Source of the DNA: an uncultured Acidobacteriota bacterium
GTDB lineage: Bacteria > Acidobacteriota > UBA6911
Direction: 5' to 3'
Assembly: GCA_963773605.1 (NCBI GenBank)
Contig: CAVZBT010000002.1
Span: 277,088 to 341,087 of the forward strand
DNA length: 64,000 bases
The notes beneath the pieces were generated by a model. It had not been told where the DNA came from, made no database searches, and saw nothing but the letters and a program-made list of their open reading frames with translations. Shown here in pieces: positions 53,684-64,000 of the stretch. The position numbers and the translations under genes were made by a program. Within the stretch, counting starts at the first letter, position 1; every line of letters begins with the position of its first letter.

Positions 53684-56600
53684 ATGGTCGTGTGTCGGTG
53701 TTCCTTCGGTATGATCGCGGGTTTGTGTTTGTCTCTTGGGTTCGGGATGGGGGCGGACGGCAGTGTCCGCATCAGGTTCACGGCATACCCGGTGCCCGTC
53801 GCCGTAAGTCCCGGCCGCGTGAGCGTGACCGCCGGGGGGGTACCGGCGCGTGTCCTGCGAGCAGCGAAGTCCCGCCCGCTGCTGCTTGTCCTCGACCCGA
53901 ATTCGTACGGCCGGCAGGAACTCCGCGCCCGCATCGGCAGGTTTGCACAAGTGCTGGCGTCATCGGGCGCCGGGCAGTGGACGGTGCGGGTCGGCATTCC
54001 GGTCCTCGACGGCATCCTCGGTCCCGAAGTCGCCGAGCCGCGCAAAATTGCAGCCGCGCTCGACCAGGCTGTGTTGAGCTATGTTCCGGAGCGGCCCGGA
54101 GAGCCGCTTACGGCAGGGCGCACGCTCGACTCCATTTCGGAACTGGTCGCCAGGGCCGAGACTCAAGCCGCGGGTCCGGTGGATTGCCTGCTCCTGTTCC
54201 GCGACCGCCTCTTTGAGGGCGAAGGGGGCGCCTACCTGAACGAGGGCATGGCGCACCGGCTGGCCGCCTCCGCATTCGGCGAGGGGAGCACCTTATACGG
54301 TTGGCTGGACGGGGAAGGGGTCCTGAAGCGCGCCTGCGCCGGCAGCGGCGGCATGGCGTGGGGAACCGAGACCGCCCCGGCAGAGGTGCTGACCCGTCTG
54401 GCAGAGGCGCGCCGTCGCGCCCTGACCGTCGACGTCGAATTCCCCCGGGACGCACAAAACCGCCGGACAGGACTGGATTTGCGCGGCACGACTCCGGACG
54501 GAATCGAAATCCGCCTGCGGGCCCCGGAAGCATTCTGGCTGCAGGCGGACGGAAGCGGGCTGCCGGACCACCGGCGGATGCAGCAGGCGCTCGACTGGAT
54601 CCGCCGCGCGCACGAGGCGCGCGGGGATGGGAATTTCACGCTCGCCCGGCGCTTCGCCGAATCCGCCATCAAAGAAGATAGTTGGAATCCGGAAGGCTAT
54701 TACCTTGCAGCCGCATCCGCCCTGGAACTGGGGGACTTCCCCTCGGCCCGTGCGCTCGCGGAACAGGGAATCGCCGGCGCGGGGCCCGAGGACCGCACCC
54801 TCGCAGTCCTCGCAGCCGCCTCCCGGGGGTTGGGAAAGGCAGCCGAGGCGCTGGCGCGCCTGCAGCCGCTGCTGCCCGTCGACCGCTCACCCGCCCCGGA
54901 GCTGGGGCTGGAGTTAGCCCGCCTCCATGCGTCGACGGGTCAACTCGCGGCGGCAGAAGGGTTGTTTTCCGGGGTGCTCGATGCCGGCCACCGGGATGCC
55001 GACGTCCTGGTCGACTTCGCCGGCGTCCTCTTTCGTCTCGGGAAGCGCGATGAGGCCCGCGCGCAGCTCACTCTGGCATTGGATACCGACCGGAACAGCG
55101 CCCGTGCGATGATACTGCTTGCGCAATCCTTCGCCGCCGACGGCGATGCCGGCCACGCCCGGGCATGGGCGGCGAAGGCCTTGGAGCGTAATCCCGTTGA
55201 GGCGGAGACGCTTGCCGGGCTCGCCGCCGTCCACGCTGCGCTCCGGGAGTGGCTCCCCGCAGCAGAAAACCTGCAGAAGGCGTTGATCCTGGCTCCCGGG
55301 CGGCAAGATCTCAGAAAGCCGTATGTGGAGGCGCTCTGCCGTGCGGGGCGCGAGCGCGACGCGGTTGCGTTCCTGCGGAAGTCGATCGAATCGGATCCGG
55401 CAGATCAGGCCGCCCGTCACTCCCTGGGCGCGATCCTGAGCGATAGCGGGGAGCTGGAAGAGGCGGCCATAGCCTGGGAAACCGCTGCCGCCGCGGGCGG
55501 GCCGGACTCGTATGAACTCTACCGAACCGCGGCAGCGCTACGCGAGCGACGGGGCGAGTATGGCCAGGCGCTCCTGGATTACCGGGCCATGGCGCGCTCC
55601 GCGCACCCTGGTATTTCAGCCCAGCTCCGGGCTGGGTTGCGCCCTCACCTGTCGGCCATCGCACTCCTTGCCGGCGGAGAACGCCGCCCTGAGCGGGACC
55701 CGCTCGCGAAAGAACTTGGCCTCGCGGTTGCGCCCGCGACGACGCCTGCAGGGTCTGTCCAGGACAACGCGCAGCAACCCGTCGGCCCGGGAGCCACCAT
55801 CGAGGTCCCCGGGGGTCTGGCCCTTCTGGCCCGCACGATCGGGCTCGGGGTACCCGCCACGGGCGAGGCGGACGTGCTCGAGCGCATCTTCACCCTGATC
55901 CTCGACAGCGGGTCTGCGCAGAAGGGGAGGTTGCGAGACGACCCCGTCCGCCGCACCGCGGTCTCGGCGTTGCGTACCTATACTGCGTTGATGCGGTATC
56001 TGACCGTCGAGGGACTCCTGCCGCCGGGTTTCGATCCGCGTCACCCCCAGGAACTCGTATTCCCTTTATACGGCCCCGCGGAGACCACAAACCGCGCGCG
56101 GAAACTGCTGCGCTTCTTCGGCGTGCATCTGGGCATCAAGGAGGCCCGCGACGGCGGGATTCAGCTCACTTTGACCCTCAAGCAGGGCGGAGCTGCCGCA
56201 GCGCGGCAGGAACTCCTGCGCAACATGGGCGTAACCCTGACAGACCGAGCCCTGCGCGAACTCCGCTTTACCCCGAAATACGACTCTATCCCGATCCTCC
56301 TGGATCCTCAGACGTGGGCCGACAAGATTCTCCCCGAGGCCAAAAAGCAGTACGGTCTGCTGGAGCGCTTCCTGCTGAATCCGCCCGCGATGCGTCTCTA
56401 TCTGGCGCTGGCAGGATGCTCCAGGGATGCGCGCGCGGGCCTGGTCGAAGCCTACAAGCGCGGCGAGCTGCTGGAACTCGTCGGCCCGCTGTCGGCCTAC
56501 GGCCGCTACCTCGATTTTCGGGACGGCAGCCTCGTATTCCCCGGCGAACGGGACTCATGGGAAGCCTTGCTCGGCGCGGAGGGGTCTGGCAACCGGCCTG

Positions 56601-58871
56601 CGCTGGACGCGTTGCTGCGCCGCGACGACGGGCGCGCCCTGCGGATCTACGCTTCCCTCGCACTGGCGCCCCGCTCCGTCCGGCAGTACCTGACGGCTAC
56701 ACCGGAGCGCTTGAAGGAACTGCACCAGGCCTTCCTTTCCGGCGGGCGCGGCGGGAAGGCGGCCTCCCAAATCGGCCAGCCCGACCTCGGCCGGGTGCTG
56801 CGACTGATGGAGGCAGACAGCCGCGGTCTGCTCCTGCCGATCGACCGCCGGCTCACACCTGCCGTGCTGCCTGGAGCTCCAGCCGAAGTGAGCGCGGGCG
56901 GGCATGGAGCGTTCGAGCCGCTCGCCGTCCGCGACAAGGACCTGGGCAGGTTACTGGATTGGACAGGCACAGCCAGCTCGCAGCTTTCCCTTTCTCCTCT
57001 GGAGCCCATCGAACTGATCAGCTGGCTGCAGGCGACCCACCCCGAGATGCTCGACGAAGAGACCGCAGGCGCGATCGTGCGCAGCCCCGCAGCCGCCGCG
57101 TCCATGGTGGACATCATCGTCGACCTCTCCCCCGGCGCCCCTGCTGCTGCGGCACATGGCGTTCGCACGCGATCTCGCGGCACTGGGACCGCGCGGAGCG
57201 GGCCGGATGCGCACGAGCCAGTCGTTGATCTACCTCGTCTCGCTGCTGGTCCGGCAAGGTGCGCTGAGCCGTCCCGACGGCCTGAAACTGCTCGAGTCCG
57301 CTCTCGCACAGTTGAACGTCTCGGGAGAGGGCGCGTCCGCCCGGGCGGCAGCCCAGTTCCTCTCGCGCGAACTGCTACCGCGGCTCGGACAGGCCGACCC
57401 CGGGACTGGGGCGGACGAGGCCCTGTTCACCGCATTGGCCGGGCCTGCCGAAACGCGCGAGCTGTCCTATGAAGGAAGGCTGTTGCGCTTCGATGCCGCG
57501 GCCTACCAACTGCGGAGGATGAAATCGGCGATCATGCACCAGAACGTCACGCCCCTCGATCGTCTCCTCGAAGCGTTCCGGTTGTCGGGCTCCGCCGCGA
57601 CGGTCGCAGAGCTCGGCAAGGCCGTGTCCCTGATCCAGCCGGTGGACTTCAGCCGCACGGAACAGGGTCTGGGACGCGAGGGAATCGCCTCCGCCGGCGT
57701 CGAAAAACTCGCCGCCCGGCTCGCCTCGTCGCCCCGGGTCGCAGCAGCGGCGCCTGAACCCGTCGCCCTGGAAGTCTCCCAGGCGTTGAGCACCGAATTG
57801 GGGGTGACCCTGCTCAGCTTCTGCTACGCCTTTCACGGCGCGCCGGAAGCCGACGTGATGGCCTTCGACCCGAACTTCATCCGCAAGCACGATTTCTTCG
57901 CCGGAGAGGCCGGCCGGGGTGGGCCCTGGGCTCCGACGCACCTGGAGCAGAAGCCCGGGACCGGGTCGTATTTCACCGGGTCGCTTTCCGGGCTCGGCTT
58001 CGAGCTGAGCCGCCTCGAAACCGCGCAGTGGGCGCAAAACCTGGGTGAGCGCGAGGAACGCAACCTGGTTCCCACGATGCTGGCCGGCATGCGGTCGGTG
58101 CGCCGCGCGCAGCGCAGCGATCGCGCACAGGAGTACGTGGCGCTCTCGGTGCGGCTCGGGCGCGAACTGCTCGCAACCGCCGCCTTCGACGCCAACGTGC
58201 GCCGGTGGTGCGAAACGTACCTGCACGACAGGCTGCTGCCGCGCAGGCGCGACGAGGCGTTGGAAGCGCTCGCGACGGCCCGGCCGCTGCGGGCCGCCGC
58301 GATCCTGTCCGCGTCCGAACTCTTTCTGCTCGGCAGGGAGTGGCTGGCCGAAAGGAAAGACAAGTCCGTGGACGAGAACGAACCCGGAACGCCATCCGCG
58401 GCGTCCCTCTCCTCCCCGGTGGTCAGCCGGTTGGAGGCCATCATACCCACGGGCGGTGAATCAGCATCGTTCCGGCGCGAGGTCGACCAGTACGGCATGT
58501 TCCTCCGCCGCCGCATAGGGGTCAGCCAGACGACGGCGGCAATCCCGGACAGCTACGAGCAACTGGACCGGGCCGGCGAGGAGGAGGTGCTGTTCGAGCG
58601 CATCTGTGACCTGAAGATCCGGCTCGCGGACCTTCACTACAGCCTGGGGATTCCGGCGTTCATCGGCGAAGCCGAGGGGGAACTGGCCGTGCAGGAGATA
58701 TTGCCGCGCAGCATGGGAACCCCGGCCGGCACCTGGAAGGCCACGCTGGAGCAGATCGGCCGGCTCAGAATCGATGATGCCCGGCGCTGGATCGATGACC
58801 TTGTGGCTCGCGGGATCCTGGCCGTCCCCGAGCAAAACGCAGAGGGGAGAGGAGTCGCAAGCGCGCCATGA
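53684..58871 (+). CDS. Very large secreted TPR-repeat protein (~1730 aa), split by a frameshift near 57130
   Basis: GAAGGAG ribosome-binding site, signal-like N-terminus, TPR helices (..A..A...DP..A..). Removing one C from the C5 run at 57129-57133 joins DLSPAP to LLLRHMAFARDL of ORF 57156-58871. Confidence 0.65.
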
Positions 58872-61810
58872 GAAGACCAGATTCCCGGACCGTCGTCGTG
58901 TTTGTCCTGCTTTCGGCCTGGTGGGCGCTGCCGCAGGAATCGCCCACGCCGGGCGGCGACCTCACGATCCAGGTGCAATCGCAGCTGGTCCAGCTGTACG
59001 TGAGCGTAACGGAGGGGAACCGCCGGATCACCGACCTGGCGAAGTCGGACTTCATCCTGACCGAAGACGGCAGCCCCAGGGAGTTGCACCGGCTCGATAG
59101 CGCGACAGTACCACTCCAGGTCGCGCTCCTGCTCGACACCAGCGGAAGCATGATGGAAACGCTTGCCGCCACCAAGGAAGCGGCAGTCGCGTTCGTCGAT
59201 TCGCTAAACCCCGAGGACCGGGTCAGTTTCATACCGTTTAACTCCGACATCCGCGTGGTGCCGCAGCTGACCGACGACCGCGCCGCGATCGTGTCGGCGA
59301 TACGTCAGGCGCAGGCCCGGGGCGGGACCAAGCTGTACGACGCGCTCTTGTTCGCGATGAGGCACCTGGTTGGGACGGAAGGTCGCAAGGTGATCGTCGT
59401 GTTTTCGGATGGGGAAGACACGGCGCGCATCTCCTCGCTCGAAACCGTCCTCAATGCCGCCGCCCGCCACGGTTTCCCGATCTACACGATCGCGGCCCGC
59501 GGGGCGCTCCGGACCGAATCGCTGGGCCGCGTGCTGCGGCAGCTTGCCGAAATCAACCGCGGCCGGATGTTCGTCGTCGACGATCCCGGCAACCTGAGGA
59601 AGACCTTCGTCGACGTGGCTACCGAGCTCCGGTCGATCCTCGTGGTCAACTACTACACCGACGTCCCCCACGACGGCCGGTGGCACGACGTGAGCCTCGC
59701 CCTGACGAACCCGAGCTGGAAGGTGCACAGCCGCAAGGGCTTTTTCGCGCGTTCCGGAGGCGCGGGAGGCGCCGCGCCGGAGTCCCTCGATCCCGCCGTG
59801 CCGCGTAGTCTCCCGCGCGCCGAACCCGCCGTGCACGATGCGATCGCTCAGACGGCGATCCGGGAGCTTATGCGTTCGCCCGCCATGGATCGGGCCCTGC
59901 AGGTCAGGCCCCTGGCGCTGCCCCTTCCCTCCCCTTCCCCGACCGAGCAGGGAGGGCGTGCGGCGCCGCTGTTCCGTGTCGAGACACGCTTCGTCGAGAT
60001 CCCTGTCCTGGTGGAAGCCCCGCCGGGACGGGAGCCGCCGGAGATGGGGGAGCGCGATTTCCGCATCTACGAAGACGACCAGCTGCGCGAGATCGCTTTC
60101 TTCTCCCGCGACGTGGGGTCGCGCAGCCTGGCCGAGCCGCGGGCACGGGCCGTCAGCAAATTGAGCGCACGCAATGGCCCGCCCATTGCGGTCGCGACCG
60201 ACAGCGCCGCGCTGAGGCTGGGCCGGTATTACCTCGTGCTCGACGACATGATGACCGACTCGGCGGCCTTCCTCCAGATCAAGAAAGCCGCCGAGAAAAT
60301 CGTGAAAGACTTCCAGGACCCGCTCCGTCCGTTGTCGCTCCATCTCATGAGCGAGGTGAACGCCGAGATCGCACCCGAGCTCCCCGCTGAGAAGATGATC
60401 GAGAAGATCCGCAGAATCTCGCCCCAGGGGAATCCGGCGCTGACGAGCAACGACGGCCTGATCAGCGTCTACCAGGCATTTCTGATCGACCGCGGCGACA
60501 GGGAGGCCCAGCAGGTCGCCGAGCTGCGGTACGCATCCAGCATCGGGGCCCAGTTCGCCAACGACATGGGCCAGATCGACGGCCAGCCCGGCACGCCCAG
60601 GGAAGTGATCGAGACCATGGTGCTCAACCTGGCGCGGCAGCTGCTGATGGAGAACCTGGGGCAGGTCTCCCGCGCCCTCGACGGGCTCCGGGCGATCGTC
60701 AACGCCGCGTCCGCCGACGCCGGGAGCTACCCGAAGGACATCATCTTCATCTCGACCGGGTTCACGGTGGGACGCACCAGCGCCCGCGGCGATATGTCGG
60801 GCAGGCTGGGGGAGATCATCGCAGAAGCCAGGCGAGGCAAAACGCGTTTCCACACGATCGACGCGGCCGGGCTCGATGTCGATGAAGCGATCGGGTTGCG
60901 TGCCAATGGCTCGTTCCTGGTGCGCAATCCTCACCTGATCGCCATCCTTCAGGAACACGCCCGCGCCTGGCGCATGGACCGGCAGGCCCCGCTGTCACAG
61001 CTCGCGGTGGAGACGGGGGGCCGCTTCATGAACTCCACCAACGATCTCGCCGGCGCAGCCGACAAGCTGATAGGGTCGAGGGGGCGCGTCTACTATCTGG
61101 GCTTCCTCTCCGAGCAGTCGACCGACGGGCGCTTCCACCCCATCCGGGTGACCGTCTCCACCCCGGGCGCGCTGGTCCACGCGCGCAAAGGCTACTTTGC
61201 CGGACGACCCTCCGAACCCGAGGCGGGGGACGGCGCCACGGGCGCCACGGGGGAAAGCCGGGCAGAGCTGCTCGCCCGTGCCGTCGCGGCGCAGAAGGCC
61301 GGCGACATGCAGGGATTTGCCGCGGCCGTCGAGCCCCTCGCCGCCCGTTATCCCGGCCAGGCCGATCTCTGGTACAACCTGGGAATCGCTTACTTCAAGC
61401 TTGGCAACCACCAGCGCGCGGCGGAAGTGCTCCAGCGCGCATTCGCACTCGCACCGGACGAGCGCGCGATCGGCATGCTGCTCTCCCGCGCTTTGACCGC
61501 CGCAGGATACCGGCAAGCCGCGGCCGAAACGCTTCAGATCATGGCGCGGCGACAGCCGCAGGACGTGGACCTGATCATCGACCTCGGCCGTGTCTATGAG
61601 TCCGACGCGCGTGTGGCCGAAGCGTATCGGCTCTACCGGCAGGTGCTCGACCTGACGGCCGTGCCGCCGATGGAGGTCTACGTGCTGCTCGCCCGCACCT
61701 CCACACGGCTCGGACGCCACGTCGAGGCGGGGATCTTTGTCAACGACTTCCTATCGCTCGGCGGGTCACCAGCCGAGATCGAACCGTGGCGAAACAGAAC
61801 CACGCCGTGA
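58868..61810 (+). CDS. Acidobacterial-type protein with two VWA domains and C-terminal TPRs
   Basis: VQSQLVQLYVSV..DL..SDF...EDG, MIDAS LLDTSGSM, GGTKLYDA, FSDGED, second module FRVETRFVEIPV..ISTGF..LA.ETGGR..ARKGYF, TPR tail. ATGA overlap. Confidence 0.88.
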   Translation: MRRPDSRTVVVFVLLSAWWALPQESPTPGGDLTIQVQSQLVQLYVSVTEGNRRITDLAKSDFILTEDGSPRELHRLDSATVPLQVALLLDTSGSMMETLAATKEAAVAFVDSLNPEDRVSFIPFNSDIRVVPQLTDDRAAIVSAIRQAQARGGTKLYDALLFAMRHLVGTEGRKVIVVFSDGEDTARISSLETVLNAAARHGFPIYTIAARGALRTESLGRVLRQLAEINRGRMFVVDDPGNLRKTFVDVATELRSILVVNYYTDVPHDGRWHDVSLALTNPSWKVHSRKGFFARSGGAGGAAPESLDPAVPRSLPRAEPAVHDAIAQTAIRELMRSPAMDRALQVRPLALPLPSPSPTEQGGRAAPLFRVETRFVEIPVLVEAPPGREPPEMGERDFRIYEDDQLREIAFFSRDVGSRSLAEPRARAVSKLSARNGPPIAVATDSAALRLGRYYLVLDDMMTDSAAFLQIKKAAEKIVKDFQDPLRPLSLHLMSEVNAEIAPELPAEKMIEKIRRISPQGNPALTSNDGLISVYQAFLIDRGDREAQQVAELRYASSIGAQFANDMGQIDGQPGTPREVIETMVLNLARQLLMENLGQVSRALDGLRAIVNAASADAGSYPKDIIFISTGFTVGRTSARGDMSGRLGEIIAEARRGKTRFHTIDAAGLDVDEAIGLRANGSFLVRNPHLIAILQEHARAWRMDRQAPLSQLAVETGGRFMNSTNDLAGAADKLIGSRGRVYYLGFLSEQSTDGRFHPIRVTVSTPGALVHARKGYFAGRPSEPEAGDGATGATGESRAELLARAVAAQKAGDMQGFAAAVEPLAARYPGQADLWYNLGIAYFKLGNHQRAAEVLQRAFALAPDERAIGMLLSRALTAAGYRQAAAETLQIMARRQPQDVDLIIDLGRVYESDARVAEAYRLYRQVLDLTAVPPMEVYVLLARTSTRLGRHVEAGIFVNDFLSLGGSPAEIEPWRNRTTP

Positions 61811-61865
61811 ACAGCGATCTTGGGGTGAGCTTTGCAGTCAAACTCGAAGGCTCGGCCGGATTCGG

Positions 61866-61895
61866 GTGGGCCGCGTCGAGGCCGACGCGGCCCAC
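61866..61895. terminator. Perfect 13-bp hairpin (REP family B) between convergent genes
   Basis: GTGGGCCGCGTCG-AGGC-CGACGCGGCCCAC. Confidence 0.6.
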
Positions 61896-61902
61896 TGGGG
61901 GG

Positions 61903-62745
61903 TTACCAGGCTAGTTCGAATTCGTAGTCGTCGGCGCCCGGGTCGCTGTCCTCGATCAGGACGCCCGCAGTGTAAGCGTTCTGCGGCGAAGGCTGCTGAA
62001 TGACCTGAACCCGCCCGCGTCCGCGCAGTCTCCTGAGCTGAACGTTGACAGGGGTCCTCGGCAGCGGAGAGGACAAATCGTAGTTGGTGTTTGTGATCGG
62101 CGCGGCCTGCAGGTGGCGGATGTCTACGCGGTTACCACGCAGGTAGATGTAATCCGATCCGTCGACGCGCCCCCGCCATCGCAACACGCCAGACTGAGAA
62201 CCATAGCCGTCGCCTCCCCGGTAATCGCCATAGCTGCCGGATCTTCGATCATCGCGATAGTAAGGGTCCGAGCGGGCCAGGTTCCGGCTCCCGGAGTACG
62301 GGATGCCATAGAACCGGCCCAGGCGGCTGACCTGCAACTCGACGCCATCCCACTGGTCCTGCAACCGGTACATATTCTGGAACCGATCGACCAGCCGGTT
62401 GATGTTCTCCGCCTCCCGGATCAGCTGCTGAGCCCCGACCCGGTAGGTATCGCGGTCGGAGGGATTCACGCGTGCCGAGTAATTCCGGGCGTTCCGGGCA
62501 AAGTTGCGCAACGCAACATATAGATCGTTCCGATCTTCGTTGCGCGGATTACGGTTTCGCACCGCGGTCCAAAGCTGGTCGGCGCGGTCGCTCAGCTCCG
62601 TCGCGATTTCGTCGAGCCGCCCGTTTGACCCGCGGTAATCCCGGTCGCGGTCGCGCCCATTGCGCCAGTCCCGGTCCTGCGCAGCCCCCACGCTGAGCGG
62701 CGCGAGCAATGCGACGGCCAGTAACAAGAATTTCGCTGATCTCAT
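61903..62745 (-). CDS. Secreted hypothetical protein (helical domain, Gly/Arg/Asp-rich linkers, C-terminal beta domain)
   Basis: MRSAKFLLLAVALLAP signal peptide, GGAGGA ribosome-binding site, plausible composition. Confidence 0.75.
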   Translation of the reverse strand: MRSAKFLLLAVALLAPLSVGAAQDRDWRNGRDRDRDYRGSNGRLDEIATELSDRADQLWTAVRNRNPRNEDRNDLYVALRNFARNARNYSARVNPSDRDTYRVGAQQLIREAENINRLVDRFQNMYRLQDQWDGVELQVSRLGRFYGIPYSGSRNLARSDPYYRDDRRSGSYGDYRGGDGYGSQSGVLRWRGRVDGSDYIYLRGNRVDIRHLQAAPITNTNYDLSSPLPRTPVNVQLRRLRGRGRVQVIQQPSPQNAYTAGVLIEDSDPGADDYEFELAW

Positions 62746-62946
62746 AAATCCTCCTGCACTCTTTTTCGAGTCCCGACCGCAGATTACGCAAAACATGCTC
62801 CAAGCCCCCATTCAACGCCAAATACGTGTCTTACGCCGGTGAAAGGAATCCAACACGCGTCGCCGACCCGGGCATATTTCCCCGCTCCTGTCAGGGTTGT
62901 ACGGGGTCCCCCGGAGTGCACGACTCAACCGGCAACTCGACGCCCA

Positions 62947-62985
62947 TTCCGGCTTCCGGCTTCTATCCTGGCTTCCGGCTTCCCC
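62947..62985. repeat. 7-bp GGCTTCC tandem repeats
   Basis: TTCCGGCTTCCGGCTTCTATCCTGGCTTCCGGCTTCC; same heptamer family as 41701-41788. Confidence 0.5.
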
Positions 62986-63085
62986 CGTCCCATGGGCGTT
63001 CCTCTTCAGCTCTGCTATCCTAATCAGTACTTGAGATCGGGTGGCTTACATTCAATTTCGGCTGACGAGTGTCATGGAGGCGGGA

Positions 63086-64000
63086 ATGGTGCGTCTTAGC
63101 GGCGGACGGATGATGTCGACACCGGAAGACTTCGGCGCGCGCAAGGAGTCGCGGCGCGATTGGCTGCAGCGGATGCTGGCGGCGGCGCTGGTCCTCCCTG
63201 CTGCCGCGCGAGTGCCCCTGTTCGCGGAATCGACCTATGGAAGATCGCGCAGTACGAAGTGGTCGATGCCGGGCCTGTTTCCCGGACGTGTCGTGTCGGT
63301 GCACCACCCGGGGGCCATTGTCGGCGGGCGATACCAGCGCGAACCCGTCACCGCGATGATCCGGCGCGGGATGGCCGAACTGACCGGGGCCCCCGACTGG
63401 GTTACGAGCTGGCGCTCCTTTTTCGAGCCCGGCGAGGTCGTGGGGATCAAGCTGAACCCGGCGAGCGTGCCCTGGGTGATTTCGGCCCCCGAGGTCGTCC
63501 AGGAGATCATTGCGGGCCTCGAGGCGGCTGGTGTGCGCCGCAAGGACATCGTGATTTATGACCGCTACAAAAGCCAGTTCGTACAGGCCGGTTTTGAAAA
63601 GTGGGTGCCGGAAGGGGTGCGGACCTCCTGGGCCACGGATTACGTCGACAACGTGCAACAGCGGATCGACGGCTACGATCCGGATCATTGGATGGACATG
63701 CAGCTGACGCTGCCGGGCTTCGGTTTCGACAACGAGAGAGCGCGTCGCTCGTACGCGGCGCTTTTCATCACACGGGACGTGGACAAGCTCGTCAACCTGG
63801 CGCTCCTGAAACATCACCAGTCCGCGGGGATCACGTGCGCACTCAAGAACCTCTCGCACGGGCTCGTTAACAACGTCAACCGCAGCCACTCCTCCCCGAT
63901 GCTGAACGCCTGCGGCGCCTTCATCCCCACATCGGTCTCCATCCCGGTGATCCGGGACAAAACCGTCCTGCACATCTGCGATGCGGTCCAGGGGCTGTAC
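63086..64000 (+). CDS. Tat-exported DUF362-family protein, 3' truncated (missing from the ORF track)
   Basis: Translated by hand: ...MSTPEDFGARKESRRDWLQRMLAAALV...MPGLFPGRVV...FEPGEVVGIKLNP...VDKLVNL..LKHH..AGITCALKNLSHG. Confidence 0.8.
   Translation, partial: MVRLSGGRMMSTPEDFGARKESRRDWLQRMLAAALVLPAAARVPLFAESTYGRSRSTKWSMPGLFPGRVVSVHHPGAIVGGRYQREPVTAMIRRGMAELTGAPDWVTSWRSFFEPGEVVGIKLNPASVPWVISAPEVVQEIIAGLEAAGVRRKDIVIYDRYKSQFVQAGFEKWVPEGVRTSWATDYVDNVQQRIDGYDPDHWMDMQLTLPGFGFDNERARRSYAALFITRDVDKLVNLALLKHHQSAGITCALKNLSHGLVNNVNRSHSSPMLNACGAFIPTSVSIPVIRDKTVLHICDAVQGLY

Noticed and set aside
57120-57145. Programmed ribosomal frameshift in the TPR gene (and in DUF362)
   Set aside because: No canonical slippery heptamer. 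Both events are single extra bases in short homopolymers, better explained by sequencing error.
1-64000. tRNA, rRNA, prophage or defence-system genes
   Set aside because: No recognisable cloverleaf, rRNA, phage structural, integrase or defence motifs were seen.

Overview
GC-rich bacterial DNA, probably Acidobacteriota (inferred from the Acidobacterial-type VWA, DUF1080, DUF5916 and CehA/McbA-like proteins and GGAG-type REP repeats). About 40 protein genes; no tRNA, rRNA or CRISPR seen. The centrepiece is a ~24 kb divergent locus (15996-40360). Its rightward, mostly translationally coupled operon encodes five cobalamin-binding radical SAM enzymes, three class I SAM methyltransferases, an amidohydrolase, a twitch/SPASM radical SAM enzyme and a GT-C (ArnT-like) transferase, followed by a GT4-phosphoglycosyltransferase fusion. 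Its leftward coupled operon encodes a GT-C transferase, an HPr-kinase-like protein, a nucleotidyltransferase, two O-antigen-ligase-like proteins and a GT4. The two operons are separated by three tandem 117-bp REP-like units. I know no characterised pathway that fits; biosynthesis and surface attachment of a heavily methylated or rearranged envelope moiety is the best inference. An IS1634-family element at the left edge ends exactly at the CTAG centre of a palindrome from the same REP family. Two genes carry single-base homopolymer frameshifts that are probably sequencing errors. All family calls come from motif recognition by eye; no database searches were run.
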